Below are positions 50,769-60,545 of a stretch of 64,000 nt of DNA, piece by piece. The DNA comes from an uncultured delta proteobacterium (GTDB taxonomy: Bacteria; Desulfobacterota; Syntrophia; Syntrophales; UBA5619): the NCBI GenBank assembly GCA_963817385.1, contig CAWFOM010000001.1:160001-224000 (forward strand), read 5' to 3'. The translations under genes were made by a program, and so were the position numbers. The notes beneath the pieces were generated by a model. That model searched no databases and was not told the origin of the DNA. It was given only the letters and a program-made list of their open reading frames with translations. Position 1 is the first letter of the stretch. Each line of letters begins with the position of its first letter.

Positions 50769-50856
50769 ATCCTTCCTCCTTGTTCGACGCCTCAAGACCG
50801 ATTGACAACGGAACTGTCAGGCCCTTACGGCGGAAGTTGAAATCGTTTCTACTTCA

Positions 50857-51810
50857 TTAAGCCGCGAACGTGAGCCGCGTCCCCGCCATGTTGAGGAGGA
50901 AGCTCTCGGGCATCGCAGCTTCGATCTGCTGGATCGACTTGCGCCCTGTGCAGTGGGTGGGGACGATATACCGGGGAGCGAACTTCCTGAGTTCCTCCAC
51001 CGTCCGGGCGACAAGGGGATCGGTGGGCGCAACGTTGATATGAAAGCCCCCCATGATGACATGAACGGTTTCGATCCCGGTCACCTCGCGGGCCCGGGTA
51101 ACGGTGTTGATGATCCCCGAATGGGCGCAACCGGACAGGACGATGAGCCCCTTCCCTCTGAGGTTCATGACGAGCGAGGTGTCGTCGTCGATAATATCCT
51201 TCTTCTCGACGCCCCCTTCCTCATAAAAAGCGTTGGGGAGGCCTGTTTCGAACGGTGTGCGGCGCGGTATCTCCCCCAGAAAGAGGACATCCCCGCCGAG
51301 CATCGGCCGGGGCTCTTTCGCCTCCACGACCTTCACTCCCGCCGCTGCCGCCATCTCCCGGGTGAACGGGGGGTGGTGGGATTTGGACTTCCCCCCGTCG
51401 AATTTGACGTACCGGGGGGCCTTGAAGGCCGCCGGATGGACGACAAGCTCGATGCCGGGCCTCCCGATCAAACCGACCAGCTCCCGGAACCCTCCCATGT
51501 GGTCGCCGTGGCTGTGGGAGAGGGCGATCGCCTCGATCTCCCTCATCGGCACGCCCAGGGTCCTGGCGTTGAATGCCGCCCCGATCTCGGAGAATCCGAA
51601 ATCGAAGAGCATCGTCCGCGTCCTGCCGCCCGCGGTCGTCCTGATCACCGCCGAGAATCCGTGCTCCGCGAGGACCGATTTCCTGGTTTCCCCGGCGACT
51701 CGCGCCCCGGCGCGGCCGATCATTTCGCTGTTGTCCGTCGCCGTCATGTCGATGTAGTTATCCTGGAGGGTGAGAATCTCCACCCGGTCGAGCTCGTTCA
51801 TCGTTGCCAT
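50857..51810 (-). CDS. MBL-fold metallo-hydrolase
   Basis: AEHGFS, LSHSHGDHMGG, SGCAHSG, GGFH, PTHCTG. Confidence 0.88.
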   Translation of the reverse strand: MATMNELDRVEILTLQDNYIDMTATDNSEMIGRAGARVAGETRKSVLAEHGFSAVIRTTAGGRTRTMLFDFGFSEIGAAFNARTLGVPMREIEAIALSHSHGDHMGGFRELVGLIGRPGIELVVHPAAFKAPRYVKFDGGKSKSHHPPFTREMAAAAGVKVVEAKEPRPMLGGDVLFLGEIPRRTPFETGLPNAFYEEGGVEKKDIIDDDTSLVMNLRGKGLIVLSGCAHSGIINTVTRAREVTGIETVHVIMGGFHINVAPTDPLVARTVEELRKFAPRYIVPTHCTGRKSIQQIEAAMPESFLLNMAGTRLTFAA

Positions 51811-51894
51811 GGTCGGCCTCCTTAACATATCGTTCCTTCATGTGTGAAACAATGAAGATGGGACGGTTTCGTCGCATCGTCGGCACTGCTTTGT

Positions 51895-52395
51895 TCATGC
51901 CTTTCGGGGGAGAAACCTCTCCGCGATGAGATCCGCAAGCCCGCCCGCATCGTTCCAGTCATACCAGGGCACATCCGCGGTGACCGGTCGATCCCCGGCG
52001 AGGGCGATGAGATTGTCGTCGGGGCCGCAGAGGCGCTCCCTCCGGAGTTCCGTCCGGAAGACCTCGATCTTGGGGTGGGGATTGAACTTGTATCCCTCGG
52101 CGAGGATGATGTCCGCGTCCTTGATGTATCGGTCCCGTATCTCGGCGAGGTCATAATCCCTCGGGGTATCCTCAATCACCGCGATCCGGCCGGGCGAGGC
52201 GATGACCGTGGCGACGGCGCCGGCCCGCTTGTGACGCCAACTGTCCTTCCCCTCGTGATCGATCTCGAACCCGTGGCGGTTGTGTTTGATCGTCGCCACG
52301 CGGATGCCGCGGCGCGTCAGCTCGGCAATGAGCTTCTCGATGAGGGTCGTCTTTCCCGAATCGGATTCGCCGACAATGGAAACGATGGGTATCAT
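51895..52395 (-). CDS. mobB: Molybdopterin-guanine dinucleotide biosynthesis protein B
   Basis: VGESDSGKTTL, IKH, GKDSWRH, EGYK, PKIEV. Confidence 0.92.
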   Translation of the reverse strand: MIPIVSIVGESDSGKTTLIEKLIAELTRRGIRVATIKHNRHGFEIDHEGKDSWRHKRAGAVATVIASPGRIAVIEDTPRDYDLAEIRDRYIKDADIILAEGYKFNPHPKIEVFRTELRRERLCGPDDNLIALAGDRPVTADVPWYDWNDAGGLADLIAERFLPRKA

Positions 52396-52517
52396 GGGGC
52401 AATCATAGCCCATCGCAGGGGGATTGACCATAGAAATTTCGGTTCTGTATCCGGTCGAGGCGGGGGATTCCTGGATCCACCGGGGGTGATCCGGGATCGG
52501 AAAGGACGCCCAAGACA

Positions 52518-52547
52518 GCAGGGCCGGACCAACCGGCCCGGCCCTGC
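52518..52547 (-). terminator. Strong hairpin downstream of the decarboxylase beta gene
   Basis: GCAGGGCCGG/CCGGCCCTGC 10-bp stem; weak U-tract. Confidence 0.45.
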
Positions 52548-52603
52548 GCATCGACCGATGCCCCGTGACAGGGGCAGCGTTTACACAATTGAACCAACTG
52601 ACG

Positions 52604-53752
52604 CTACCGGATGATCCCCATTCCTGCCAGGACCGAGAGCATAACCGCAGCGGCGACGACCGAGCCGATCTGTCCTCCGGCATTGGCGCCCATCGCGTGC
52701 ATGAGCAGGTAGCTCTTCTTGTTCCATTTCTGGCCTTCGCGCTGGACGACGCGCGCCGCCATCGGGAAGGCGGAGATCCCGGCCGCACCAATCAGGGGAT
52801 TGACCTTCCCGCCGGTAACGATCCGCATGACCTTGCCGAGACAGACGCCGCAGACCGTGTCGAGGCAGATGGCCACGAACCCGAGGCAGAGGATGATCAG
52901 GGTCTCGGCCCTGACAAAGGCGCTCCCCACCATCGTGGCGCCGATGCAGAGGCCCAGGAAGAGCGTGACGACGTTGGCGATCTCATTCTCGGAGGCCTTC
53001 GTCAGCCGTGCCACCACGCCGGATTCCCGCATCAGGTTTCCCAGCATGATCGTTCCGAGGAGCGGGAGGCCCTTCGGGGCGATGAGGCCGCCGAGGATCG
53101 TGATGACCAGGGGGAAGAGCATCTTCGTCGTCTTGGAGACCGGCTTGGCCACGGCCTTCATGACGGTCATGCGCTCCTTCTTCGTCGTCAGCAGCCTCAT
53201 GATCGGCGGCTGGATGATCGGCACCAGCGACATGTAGGAATAGGCCGCAACCGACACGGCACCGAGAAGGTGCGGGGCGAACTTCGAGGTGACATAGATG
53301 GCCGTCGGCCCGTCGCAGGCCCCGATGATCCCGATGGAGACTGCGTCGAGCTGGGGAAAACCGAGCGCCAAAGCCAAGAGCAGCGTGAGGAAGATCCCGA
53401 ACTGGCCCGCCGCGCCCAGGAGGAAGGTCGACGGCTGTGCAAGGACCGGCCCGAAGTCGGTCATCGCACCGATGCCGATGAAGATCAGGAGTGGAAAGAG
53501 CTCCGTCGTGATCCCGGCGTCATAGATTGCCCGGATGAACCCCTCCTGCGCCATCACATCCGAAAGGGGGATATTGACCAGGATGCACCCGAAGCCGATC
53601 GGCACCAGAAGGAGCGGCTCGCAGTCCTTCTTGATCCCGAGGTAGAGGAGGACGAAACCCACGATAAGCATGATGCCGTTGCGCCAGTCGCCCGCCAGCA
53701 TCTGAAATCCGACGGTGAGACCGCTGAGGCCGTTAATAATTGCGTCTGCCAT
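52604..53752 (-). CDS. Na+-translocating decarboxylase beta subunit (OadB/MmdB/GcdB family)
   Basis: EPLLLVPIGFG, GAMTDFGP, IGIIGACDGPTAI, AAYSYMSLVP, HAMGAN. Confidence 0.93.
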   Translation of the reverse strand: MADAIINGLSGLTVGFQMLAGDWRNGIMLIVGFVLLYLGIKKDCEPLLLVPIGFGCILVNIPLSDVMAQEGFIRAIYDAGITTELFPLLIFIGIGAMTDFGPVLAQPSTFLLGAAGQFGIFLTLLLALALGFPQLDAVSIGIIGACDGPTAIYVTSKFAPHLLGAVSVAAYSYMSLVPIIQPPIMRLLTTKKERMTVMKAVAKPVSKTTKMLFPLVITILGGLIAPKGLPLLGTIMLGNLMRESGVVARLTKASENEIANVVTLFLGLCIGATMVGSAFVRAETLIILCLGFVAICLDTVCGVCLGKVMRIVTGGKVNPLIGAAGISAFPMAARVVQREGQKWNKKSYLLMHAMGANAGGQIGSVVAAAVMLSVLAGMGIIR

Positions 53753-53755
53753 GGT

Positions 53756-53893
53756 CTACGCCTCCTTCTTTTCCGGCTTTTCGGGGAACAGTTTCCCCAA
53801 AAGGCCCATTACGAGGCTCATGATCCACAGGGTCAGGATCGTCCCCCCCATCCCGCAGATCAGCATCGTCATGCCGAATGTAAAATTATCCAT
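53756..53893 (-). CDS. Na+-decarboxylase small membrane subunit (OadG/MmdD-like, 45 aa)
   Basis: Hand translation MDNFTFGMTMLICGMGGTILTLWIMSLVMGLLGKLFPEKPEKKEA*; GGAGG RBS; directly upstream of the beta subunit. Confidence 0.8.
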   Translation of the reverse strand: MDNFTFGMTMLICGMGGTILTLWIMSLVMGLLGKLFPEKPEKKEA

Positions 53894-54071
53894 GCAACAT
53901 ACCTCCATTCTGGACCGTCCGCATTCCCGCCGACGGACCGCTTAAAAAGACGATTACTTCCTGAAACAACAAACCGTTGGAACGCGTTTCCTTAAACCGC
54001 AACCCGCCCCCGGTGTCAAGTGAAAAATGGTTATGGCGCCCCTGGCCGCAGATGCGCTATTTTCAGCGCCG

Positions 54072-54106
54072 TATTGAGGACCTCCGCGGCAAGCTGCGGA
54101 GAATCC
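54072..54106. repeat. REP-like palindromic repeat
   Basis: TATTGA...CTCCGCGGCAAGCTGCGGAGAA; homologous copy at 57684. Confidence 0.6.
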
Positions 54107-55603
54107 TTACGAGCCGCTTTCCTTCATGCTGCCGGTTCGTTTGAGACGCAGATGAAATGAATTCGATTCTTCAAACAGAACGGGGATATGTCCGGGCTCC
54201 TTTTCGGCCCTGGCCAGGTAGTCCGACAACATCTCCCGGAAATCGGGATGCGCGCACCGGCCGATGATCGTCTCCGCTTTCTCCCGGGGATCCAGGCCTC
54301 GCAGATCGGCCAGCCCCTGCTCCGTCACCAGGATATCCACATCATGTTCCGTATGATCGACATGAGAGACCATGGGCACGATGGCGGAAATCTTGCCACC
54401 CCGGGCCATTGACGGTCCGACGAAGATCGAGTAAAGCCCATTCCGGGAAAAATCATAGGACCCGGCAATGCCGGTCAGGACCTTCGCTCCCATCACGTGG
54501 CTTGAGTTCACCTGCCCCTGGATATCCATCTCCAGACAACCGTTAATCCCAATTACTCCAAATCGCTGAATGATTTCCGGTGAATTACAGATCGTGACGG
54601 GGCGCAGCACCATGCATCTTTTATAGCGATCAAGGTCCGCCTTGAATTTCTCCCACGCTTCCGGCGTGAGCCTGAGGGCCGTCCCGGACACCCAGTCGAC
54701 CTTATCCATATCGATAATCTCGATCACCGGATCCGTGATGACGGGCATGTGAAAACGAAAATTCGTAAAGTCACTCGCGCCGAGCTTCCGCAAAACATTG
54801 CTGACAACACCCCCCACGCCGACCTCGATCGGCGGCAGGGGTTCGCTCAACCGTCCGGCGGCAATCTCCTGCCGGAAAAAGTCGACGAGATGTTGGCCGA
54901 TCAGGTCTCCCATGGCATCCGGCTTGGCTTCACCGGACGTCTTTTCGCCCCGATCGGACAGAACAATCCCTTTGATCTTTTTCGGATCTACCGAAAAATA
55001 GGGTACGCCGATCCTTTTGAGCGGATCGCCGGCAAGCGGAATCGGGTCGCTTCCCTTCTGATACACATCGTGCAACCCCTCGAGCGCCAGCGGGCGGTTG
55101 AGGTTGATCTCGACGATCACGTGAGCGGCGGCATCGATCCACTCGGGCGAATCGTAGACCGCGGTCGAAGGGATGATATTGCCTTCCCGGGTCAGCCCTA
55201 TCGCTTCAATGACAGCCATATCGACGGGTCCGAACCACCCCCGCTTCACCTGCAGCGGCAGCTGGCCGCCCTTGCCTTCGATGAATCTTACCTCTCCCCG
55301 ATTGATCGCCGCCCTGAGCTTCTCTCCCCCGATCGCGCCTATCCTCGTCCGGATCCCCCCCACATCGGCCAGGACATCATCAACTTCAGAACTCAGCGGT
55401 CCGGCGCACAACAGATCGATCCTGATCCCGCCTTGCTTTTTGATCCGCTCCGACAGGGCCAGAAACGTGGCTTTGGGGTAGCCCATGGTACTTCCCGAGG
55501 TAGCAACCAGCATCCCATCCCGGAAAAGCAAGGCCGCCTCATCGGCTGTCATGATCTTCGCGAGGGATGCCTTATGTTTGATCCGGGCTTCAATTCCCTC
55601 CAA
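54107..55603 (-). CDS. Acetyl-CoA hydrolase/transferase family CoA transferase (succinate CoA-transferase-like)
   Basis: GYPKA, LEGLHDVY, GQVNSSHV, VSHVDHTEHDVDILVTEQGLADLRG, CAHPDF. Confidence 0.88.
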   Translation of the reverse strand: MEGIEARIKHKASLAKIMTADEAALLFRDGMLVATSGSTMGYPKATFLALSERIKKQGGIRIDLLCAGPLSSEVDDVLADVGGIRTRIGAIGGEKLRAAINRGEVRFIEGKGGQLPLQVKRGWFGPVDMAVIEAIGLTREGNIIPSTAVYDSPEWIDAAAHVIVEINLNRPLALEGLHDVYQKGSDPIPLAGDPLKRIGVPYFSVDPKKIKGIVLSDRGEKTSGEAKPDAMGDLIGQHLVDFFRQEIAAGRLSEPLPPIEVGVGGVVSNVLRKLGASDFTNFRFHMPVITDPVIEIIDMDKVDWVSGTALRLTPEAWEKFKADLDRYKRCMVLRPVTICNSPEIIQRFGVIGINGCLEMDIQGQVNSSHVMGAKVLTGIAGSYDFSRNGLYSIFVGPSMARGGKISAIVPMVSHVDHTEHDVDILVTEQGLADLRGLDPREKAETIIGRCAHPDFREMLSDYLARAEKEPGHIPVLFEESNSFHLRLKRTGSMKESGS

Positions 55604-55606
55604 TGA

Positions 55607-56014
55607 TCATGCCCCCTGTTTAACGTTCTGTTTGATGAATGCGGAAATTTCCTCAAGCTTTGCGTGGGAGGGAAAAACCCCCTGAACGCCGATCCCCTTG
55701 AGCGTAGCGATGTCATCCTTCGGTATGGTCCCCCCGAAGAGCACCAGGACGTCGTCGAGCGACCGCTCGCCGATCCGCTTGATCAGCTTCCGGGCGATGG
55801 AGACGTGCGAGCCCGAAAGGATGCTGACCCCGATCACATCCACCGCCTCCTGGATAGCCACCTCGACAACCTGCTCCACGCTCTGGCGCAAGCCGGTATA
55901 AATAACTTCCATTCCCTGGTCCCTCAGCCAGAAGATCAGCACCTTGGCGCCGACGTCATGTCCGTCCAGGCCGATCTTGGCAATCAGTACACGAATGGTC
56001 TTCTTCGCTTCCAT
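55607..56014 (-). CDS. Acyl-CoA mutase small (cobalamin-binding) subunit
   Basis: AKIGLDGHDVG (DxHxxG), SILSGSH, GGTIP. Confidence 0.92.
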   Translation of the reverse strand: MEAKKTIRVLIAKIGLDGHDVGAKVLIFWLRDQGMEVIYTGLRQSVEQVVEVAIQEAVDVIGVSILSGSHVSIARKLIKRIGERSLDDVLVLFGGTIPKDDIATLKGIGVQGVFPSHAKLEEISAFIKQNVKQGA

Positions 56015-56035
56015 GAAAACCTCCTGAGATTAAAC

Positions 56036-57664
56036 CTAAACGGTGGTCGGTTCCTTGAACGTCCCGTACACCTTCTTCAGGGTATCGATGATCTCCCCCA
56101 CCGTCGCCTTCGCCGTGAGCGGCTCAAACAGATAGGGGATGATGTTCTCCCCGCGGCGCGCCGCCGCCTCCAACTGCTGCAAAGCCCCGGCGACCTTCCC
56201 CTGGTCGCGGCTCTCCTTGACCGCCTTGAGCCGCTGCAGTTGACGGTTGATGGTTTCCGGATCCGTCTTGTAGATCTCCAGATCCCGTTCCTCCTCCTTC
56301 ACCTTGAACTTATTCACTCCGACCAGGACCTTTTCGCCGGAGCTGATCTTCTTCTGGATCGTGTAGCTCTGTCTGGCCAGATCGCGTTGAATCGTGCCCT
56401 GCTCGATCATCTTGACGATCCCGCCGTTTTTTTCGATATCGGCGATGGTTTCGGTGATCTTCGCCTCCATCTCGTCGGTCAGCGCCTCCACGTAGTAGGA
56501 ACCGCCCAGGGGATCTACCACGTCCGCCACCCCCGTCTCGTAGGCCAGGATCTGCTGCACCCTGAGCGAGGTCCGGATCGCGAGGTCCGACGGAATCGCA
56601 TACACCTCGTCGAAGCAGGCCAGGTTCAGCGACCGCGTCCCCGAAAAGATCGCCGCCATGGCATAGATGGTCTCCCGGGCGATGTTGTTGAGCGGCTGCT
56701 CGGCCGTCAGACCTCCACCCATCCCCCCGGTGGAGAACCTAAACTGGAGCGATCGCAAATCCTTCGCGCCGTACTTCTCCTTCATGAGCCTCGCCCAGTA
56801 CCGCCGCGCCGCCCGCAGCCGGCAGATGTCCTCAAAGAAGTTGAAATCGCGTCCGCCGATCGGCAGATGGAACGAGAAGAGCGGGGCGATCTCGTCGATG
56901 TTCGACCCCCGCTTGAGGACCTCGCGGATATAGACCTCGGCGATCGAGATCGCCAGGGCGACCGACTGCATCGTGTTCGCCCCGTATTCCATGATGTGCG
57001 TCCCGGAGACGCTGATCGCGTTGAACCGCGGGATCTCCTTGTTGCAGTACTCCACCAGATCGCCCACGAGCTTGATCGACGGTTCCGGCGGGAAGATCCA
57101 GGTCCCCCGGGCGATGTACTCTTTCAAAATGTCGTTCTGAATCGTCCCCCGCAGCTTTTTGGGCTCCACCCCCTGCTTCTTCGCCACCAGGACATACATC
57201 GCCAGGATGATCGGCGCCGTGGCGTTGATCGTAAACGACGTCGAGATCTGATCCAGGGCGATGCCGTCGAAGACCCGCTCGAAATCCTCCAGGGAATCGA
57301 CGGCGACCCCCAGTTTGCCGACATCGTCCTCCGCAAGCGGCATGTCCGAATCCAGGCCGATCTGCGTCGGCAGATCGAAGGCGAGGCTCAAACCGGTCTG
57401 GCCGTTTTTCAGGAGATACTTGAACCGCTCGTTGGTGCTCTCCGGGGTCGACTGACCCGAATACTGCCGCATCGTCCAGAGGGCGCTCCGGTACATCGTC
57501 GGGTAAACGCCCCGGGTGAAGGGATATTCACCGGGGTCATTGAGCTTCTCGGCATAATCGAAGTCCGGAAGATCCTCCGGCCCGTAAAAACACTTCACCG
57601 GGGTGCCCAATATCGAAACGACCGGCCGCACCTCCGTTTCACCCGTTTTCTTTCCCATGGTCAT
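56036..57664 (-). CDS. Acyl-CoA mutase large subunit (methylmalonyl-CoA mutase family, atypical active site)
   Basis: PGEYPFTRGVYPTMY, WTMRQY, GLSLAFDLPTQ, GTIQNDILKE, DPLGGSYYVE. Confidence 0.92.
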   Translation of the reverse strand: MTMGKKTGETEVRPVVSILGTPVKCFYGPEDLPDFDYAEKLNDPGEYPFTRGVYPTMYRSALWTMRQYSGQSTPESTNERFKYLLKNGQTGLSLAFDLPTQIGLDSDMPLAEDDVGKLGVAVDSLEDFERVFDGIALDQISTSFTINATAPIILAMYVLVAKKQGVEPKKLRGTIQNDILKEYIARGTWIFPPEPSIKLVGDLVEYCNKEIPRFNAISVSGTHIMEYGANTMQSVALAISIAEVYIREVLKRGSNIDEIAPLFSFHLPIGGRDFNFFEDICRLRAARRYWARLMKEKYGAKDLRSLQFRFSTGGMGGGLTAEQPLNNIARETIYAMAAIFSGTRSLNLACFDEVYAIPSDLAIRTSLRVQQILAYETGVADVVDPLGGSYYVEALTDEMEAKITETIADIEKNGGIVKMIEQGTIQRDLARQSYTIQKKISSGEKVLVGVNKFKVKEEERDLEIYKTDPETINRQLQRLKAVKESRDQGKVAGALQQLEAAARRGENIIPYLFEPLTAKATVGEIIDTLKKVYGTFKEPTTV

Positions 57665-57683
57665 CCTCCTTGCTCATGCCACC

Positions 57684-57728
57684 TATTGAAGCTCTCCGCA
57701 GCAGGCTGCGGAGAACTTCGATCCTTAC
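57684..57728. repeat. REP-like palindromic repeat
   Basis: TATTGAAGCTCTCCGCAGCAGGCTGCGGAGAA...ATCCTTAC; homologous to 54072. Confidence 0.6.
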
Positions 57729-57746
57729 GCGGAACAAATCATTTTT

Positions 57747-58165
57747 TTACTCGCTGACGGATTCAGCGCCGATCTCCATCAGTTCGATCAAAACGCCGTT
57801 GGTGCTCTTCGGATTCAGGAAGGCGATGAGCCGGCCGTCCTGTGTTCTTCGCGGTTTCTGATCGAGAAGCTCGATCCCCTTCGCCGCGAAATCGCTCAGC
57901 GCCGCTTCCACATTCTCAACGCCGAGGCAGATGTGGTGGATCCCTTCCCCCCGCTTCTGGATGAATTTAGCCGCCGGGCTCGCCGGATTCATCGGCTCGA
58001 TCAGTTCGATGGTAGAGTCCCCCAGCGGGAAGAAGGCGATCTTGGTTTTGATCGCTTCCGATTCGTACACCTTCTCCAGCGGGATCCCCAGGAGATCTCG
58101 AACAGGTGAACGGACTTTTCAATGTCCTGGACAGCCACGCCGATATGCTCGATCTTCTTGATCAT
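57747..58165 (-). CDS. Methylmalonyl-CoA epimerase-family (VOC) protein, frameshift near 58095
   Basis: MIKKIEHIGVAV, IELIEP, GEGIHHICL, NGVLIEL. Confidence 0.85.
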
Positions 58166-58176
58166 ATTCTTCTCCC

Positions 58177-59715
58177 TTACAACGGAATCGACCCGTGTCT
58201 CTTGCCGGGCCTGAGCTCGACCTTCCCTTTGAGCCGCTCAAACGCCTGAATCAGGGTGGAGCGCATCGCCTTCGGTTCGATGATGGCGTCGATCCATCCC
58301 TCTTCGGCAGCTACATAGGGATTGGCAAACTTCTGCCGGTATTCATTCACCTTCTGGATCCTCATCGCTTTCGGATCCTCGGCCCGGGCGATCTCGTCCT
58401 TGAAGATCACGTTGGCGGCCGCTTCGGGCCCCATGATGGCGATCTCCGCCGTCGTCAGCGCGATCGTAAAATCCGTGCCTACCAATTTCGAAACCGCCAT
58501 GCCCGACATCGCGCCGCCGTATATTTTTCTCACGATGACTGAAATCCGAGGCACAACGGCCTCACAATAGGCGTAGAGCGTCTTCGCGCCATGCCTGATG
58601 ATGCCGCCGTATTCCTGCTGTTTTCCCGGAAGATACCCCGGACAATCTACAAGATTCAGGATCGGGATATTGAATGCGTCACAAAACCGGATGAACCGGG
58701 CCGATTTATCCGAGGCGTCGATATCGAGACAGCCGGCGCTGACTATCGGCTGGTTGGCGATCACGCCGACGGTGCCGCCGCCCAGTCTGATAAATCCGAT
58801 GATGATGTTCTTGGCGTAATCTTCCTGGATTTCAAAAAAATCGTTCTGATCCGCCACGAGACGGATGATCCGTTTCATGTCGTACGCCCGTTGCGGATTA
58901 TCCGGGATGATCTCCTCGATCTCTTCCGTCAGCCGATCGGCGGCGTCGGAGGATGACACCCGGGGAGCCTCTCCCCGGTAGTTTGCCGGAAGGAAACTCA
59001 GCAGCTTCTTGACCATCTCAAAACATTTTTCTTCGCTTTCCGCAACCAGATGGGCAACGCCGCTTTTTTTACTGTGGACTTTTGCGCCGCCTAGCTCCTC
59101 GGCCGTCACCTCTTCTCCGGTCACCGCCTTGATGACGTTCGGGCCGGTAATGTGCATCTTGCTGATCCCTTCCACCATGAAGACAAAATCACACAAGGCG
59201 GGCGAATAGACGGCCCCGCCCGCGCAGGGACCCAGTATCAACGCCAGTTGAGGAACGATGCCGGATGCCAGGGTATTCCGGAAGAAGATGGAGCCATACT
59301 GGCCCAAACCTTCCTGAATCCGGGCGCCGCCGGAATCGATCAGCCCGATGATGGGGGCGCCGACCTTGATCGCCAGGTCCATCACATGGCATATCTTGCT
59401 GGCGTGCGCCTTCCCGAGCGATCCGCCCATGACGGTAAAGTCCTGCGAATAGAGATACACCTGCCGGCCGTGGATTGTTCCCGAGCCGACGACCACGCCG
59501 TCGCCGTAGTACTTCTCCTTATCCATTCCGAACTTGGTCGTCTGATGGGTAACGAACATCTCCAGCTCGATGAAGCTCCCCGGATCCACCAGCGCATCGA
59601 TCCGCTCCCGGGCGCTGAGCTTGCCGCGCTCGTGCTGCTTGTCGATCTGTTTCTGACCGCCCCCGAGGCGCGCGAGCTCTTCCTTTGCTCTCAATTCCTC
59701 ATTTTTCTCTTTCAC
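58177..59715 (-). CDS. Acyl-CoA carboxyltransferase (decarboxylase alpha / PccB-like)
   Basis: GGARIQEG, GPCAGGAVYSPAL, ARFIRFCDAFNIP, IIRHGAK. Confidence 0.93.
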   Translation of the reverse strand: MKEKNEELRAKEELARLGGGQKQIDKQHERGKLSARERIDALVDPGSFIELEMFVTHQTTKFGMDKEKYYGDGVVVGSGTIHGRQVYLYSQDFTVMGGSLGKAHASKICHVMDLAIKVGAPIIGLIDSGGARIQEGLGQYGSIFFRNTLASGIVPQLALILGPCAGGAVYSPALCDFVFMVEGISKMHITGPNVIKAVTGEEVTAEELGGAKVHSKKSGVAHLVAESEEKCFEMVKKLLSFLPANYRGEAPRVSSSDAADRLTEEIEEIIPDNPQRAYDMKRIIRLVADQNDFFEIQEDYAKNIIIGFIRLGGGTVGVIANQPIVSAGCLDIDASDKSARFIRFCDAFNIPILNLVDCPGYLPGKQQEYGGIIRHGAKTLYAYCEAVVPRISVIVRKIYGGAMSGMAVSKLVGTDFTIALTTAEIAIMGPEAAANVIFKDEIARAEDPKAMRIQKVNEYRQKFANPYVAAEEGWIDAIIEPKAMRSTLIQAFERLKGKVELRPGKRHGSIPL

Positions 59716-59815
59716 GATTCACATCTCCCCTCTTGTTTTTGCCGGGAAAAGCAACCCGATCGAGGGCATTTTTTCAAATATCCTCATCTGCCACCCTTCA
59801 CGCCCGCCGCGACCA

Positions 59816-60487
59816 CTACTTCTTGGGCTTCTTTTTGGCGATGATCGCCTTGATCTCATCCACCGGGGCGCACGTCGCGATGGCCTTCTCCATCCCTTCC
59901 TCGACTTCGAAGATGATCTTCAGCTTCTCCAGGAGCACGCCGAGGGCTTCTCCGGGAATACAGACCACGCCGTCCTCGTCGGCGATGATGATATCGCCCG
60001 GTCTGATCGCCACCCCGGCCACTTCGATCGGCACATTGTACCCGACGATCTGGATGTCCGAGGGCTTGTCCACGGTCGCCGAGCCGGTGCAATACAGGGG
60101 CATGCCCATCGCCCGGTAGCCGGCGATGTCCCGCGACCCGCCGTAGACCACCATGCCCGCCAATCCCTGACGCTTCGCGCACTCTCCCTGGTTGTCACCC
60201 GTGAAATGGACATCCATTCCCTTGCCGTCGATCACCAGAACGCTCCCCGCGGGGGTCTCGCGAATGGTCTGATACATGGTCAATTTGGGGCTGTCGGGAC
60301 GCGGCGCGCCGAAGAGGACCGTGGCGACCCTCCCGACAACCTTGTAATCTTCGGATCCGCGGGCGGGCCGAACCCCTTTGATGCCTCCGTTGAGTCCGGC
60401 CAGGGCAAGGGCGTCGTTGACCATGCCGGTGTTGGCCTTTTTCAGCGCTTCAGCAGCTTCCTTCGGGATTGATACGAAATCTGTCAT
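59816..60487 (-). CDS. RraA / HMG-aldolase family protein
   Basis: VLVIDG, GD, GGSRD, IRPGDIIIADEDGVV. Confidence 0.85.
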   Translation of the reverse strand: MTDFVSIPKEAAEALKKANTGMVNDALALAGLNGGIKGVRPARGSEDYKVVGRVATVLFGAPRPDSPKLTMYQTIRETPAGSVLVIDGKGMDVHFTGDNQGECAKRQGLAGMVVYGGSRDIAGYRAMGMPLYCTGSATVDKPSDIQIVGYNVPIEVAGVAIRPGDIIIADEDGVVCIPGEALGVLLEKLKIIFEVEEGMEKAIATCAPVDEIKAIIAKKKPKK

Positions 60488-60545
60488 GGAATGAAATTCT
60501 CCTTTCCGGTGGTATATCGTTGATGATAGTTTAAGATCCGACGCC

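Noticed and set aside
55664..57757. Long antisense ORFs (55664..57757, 41177..43024, 18743..20236, 5277..6722, 52565..53995 and others)
   Set aside because: Shadows of well-supported opposite-strand genes in GC-rich DNA; no recognisable motifs
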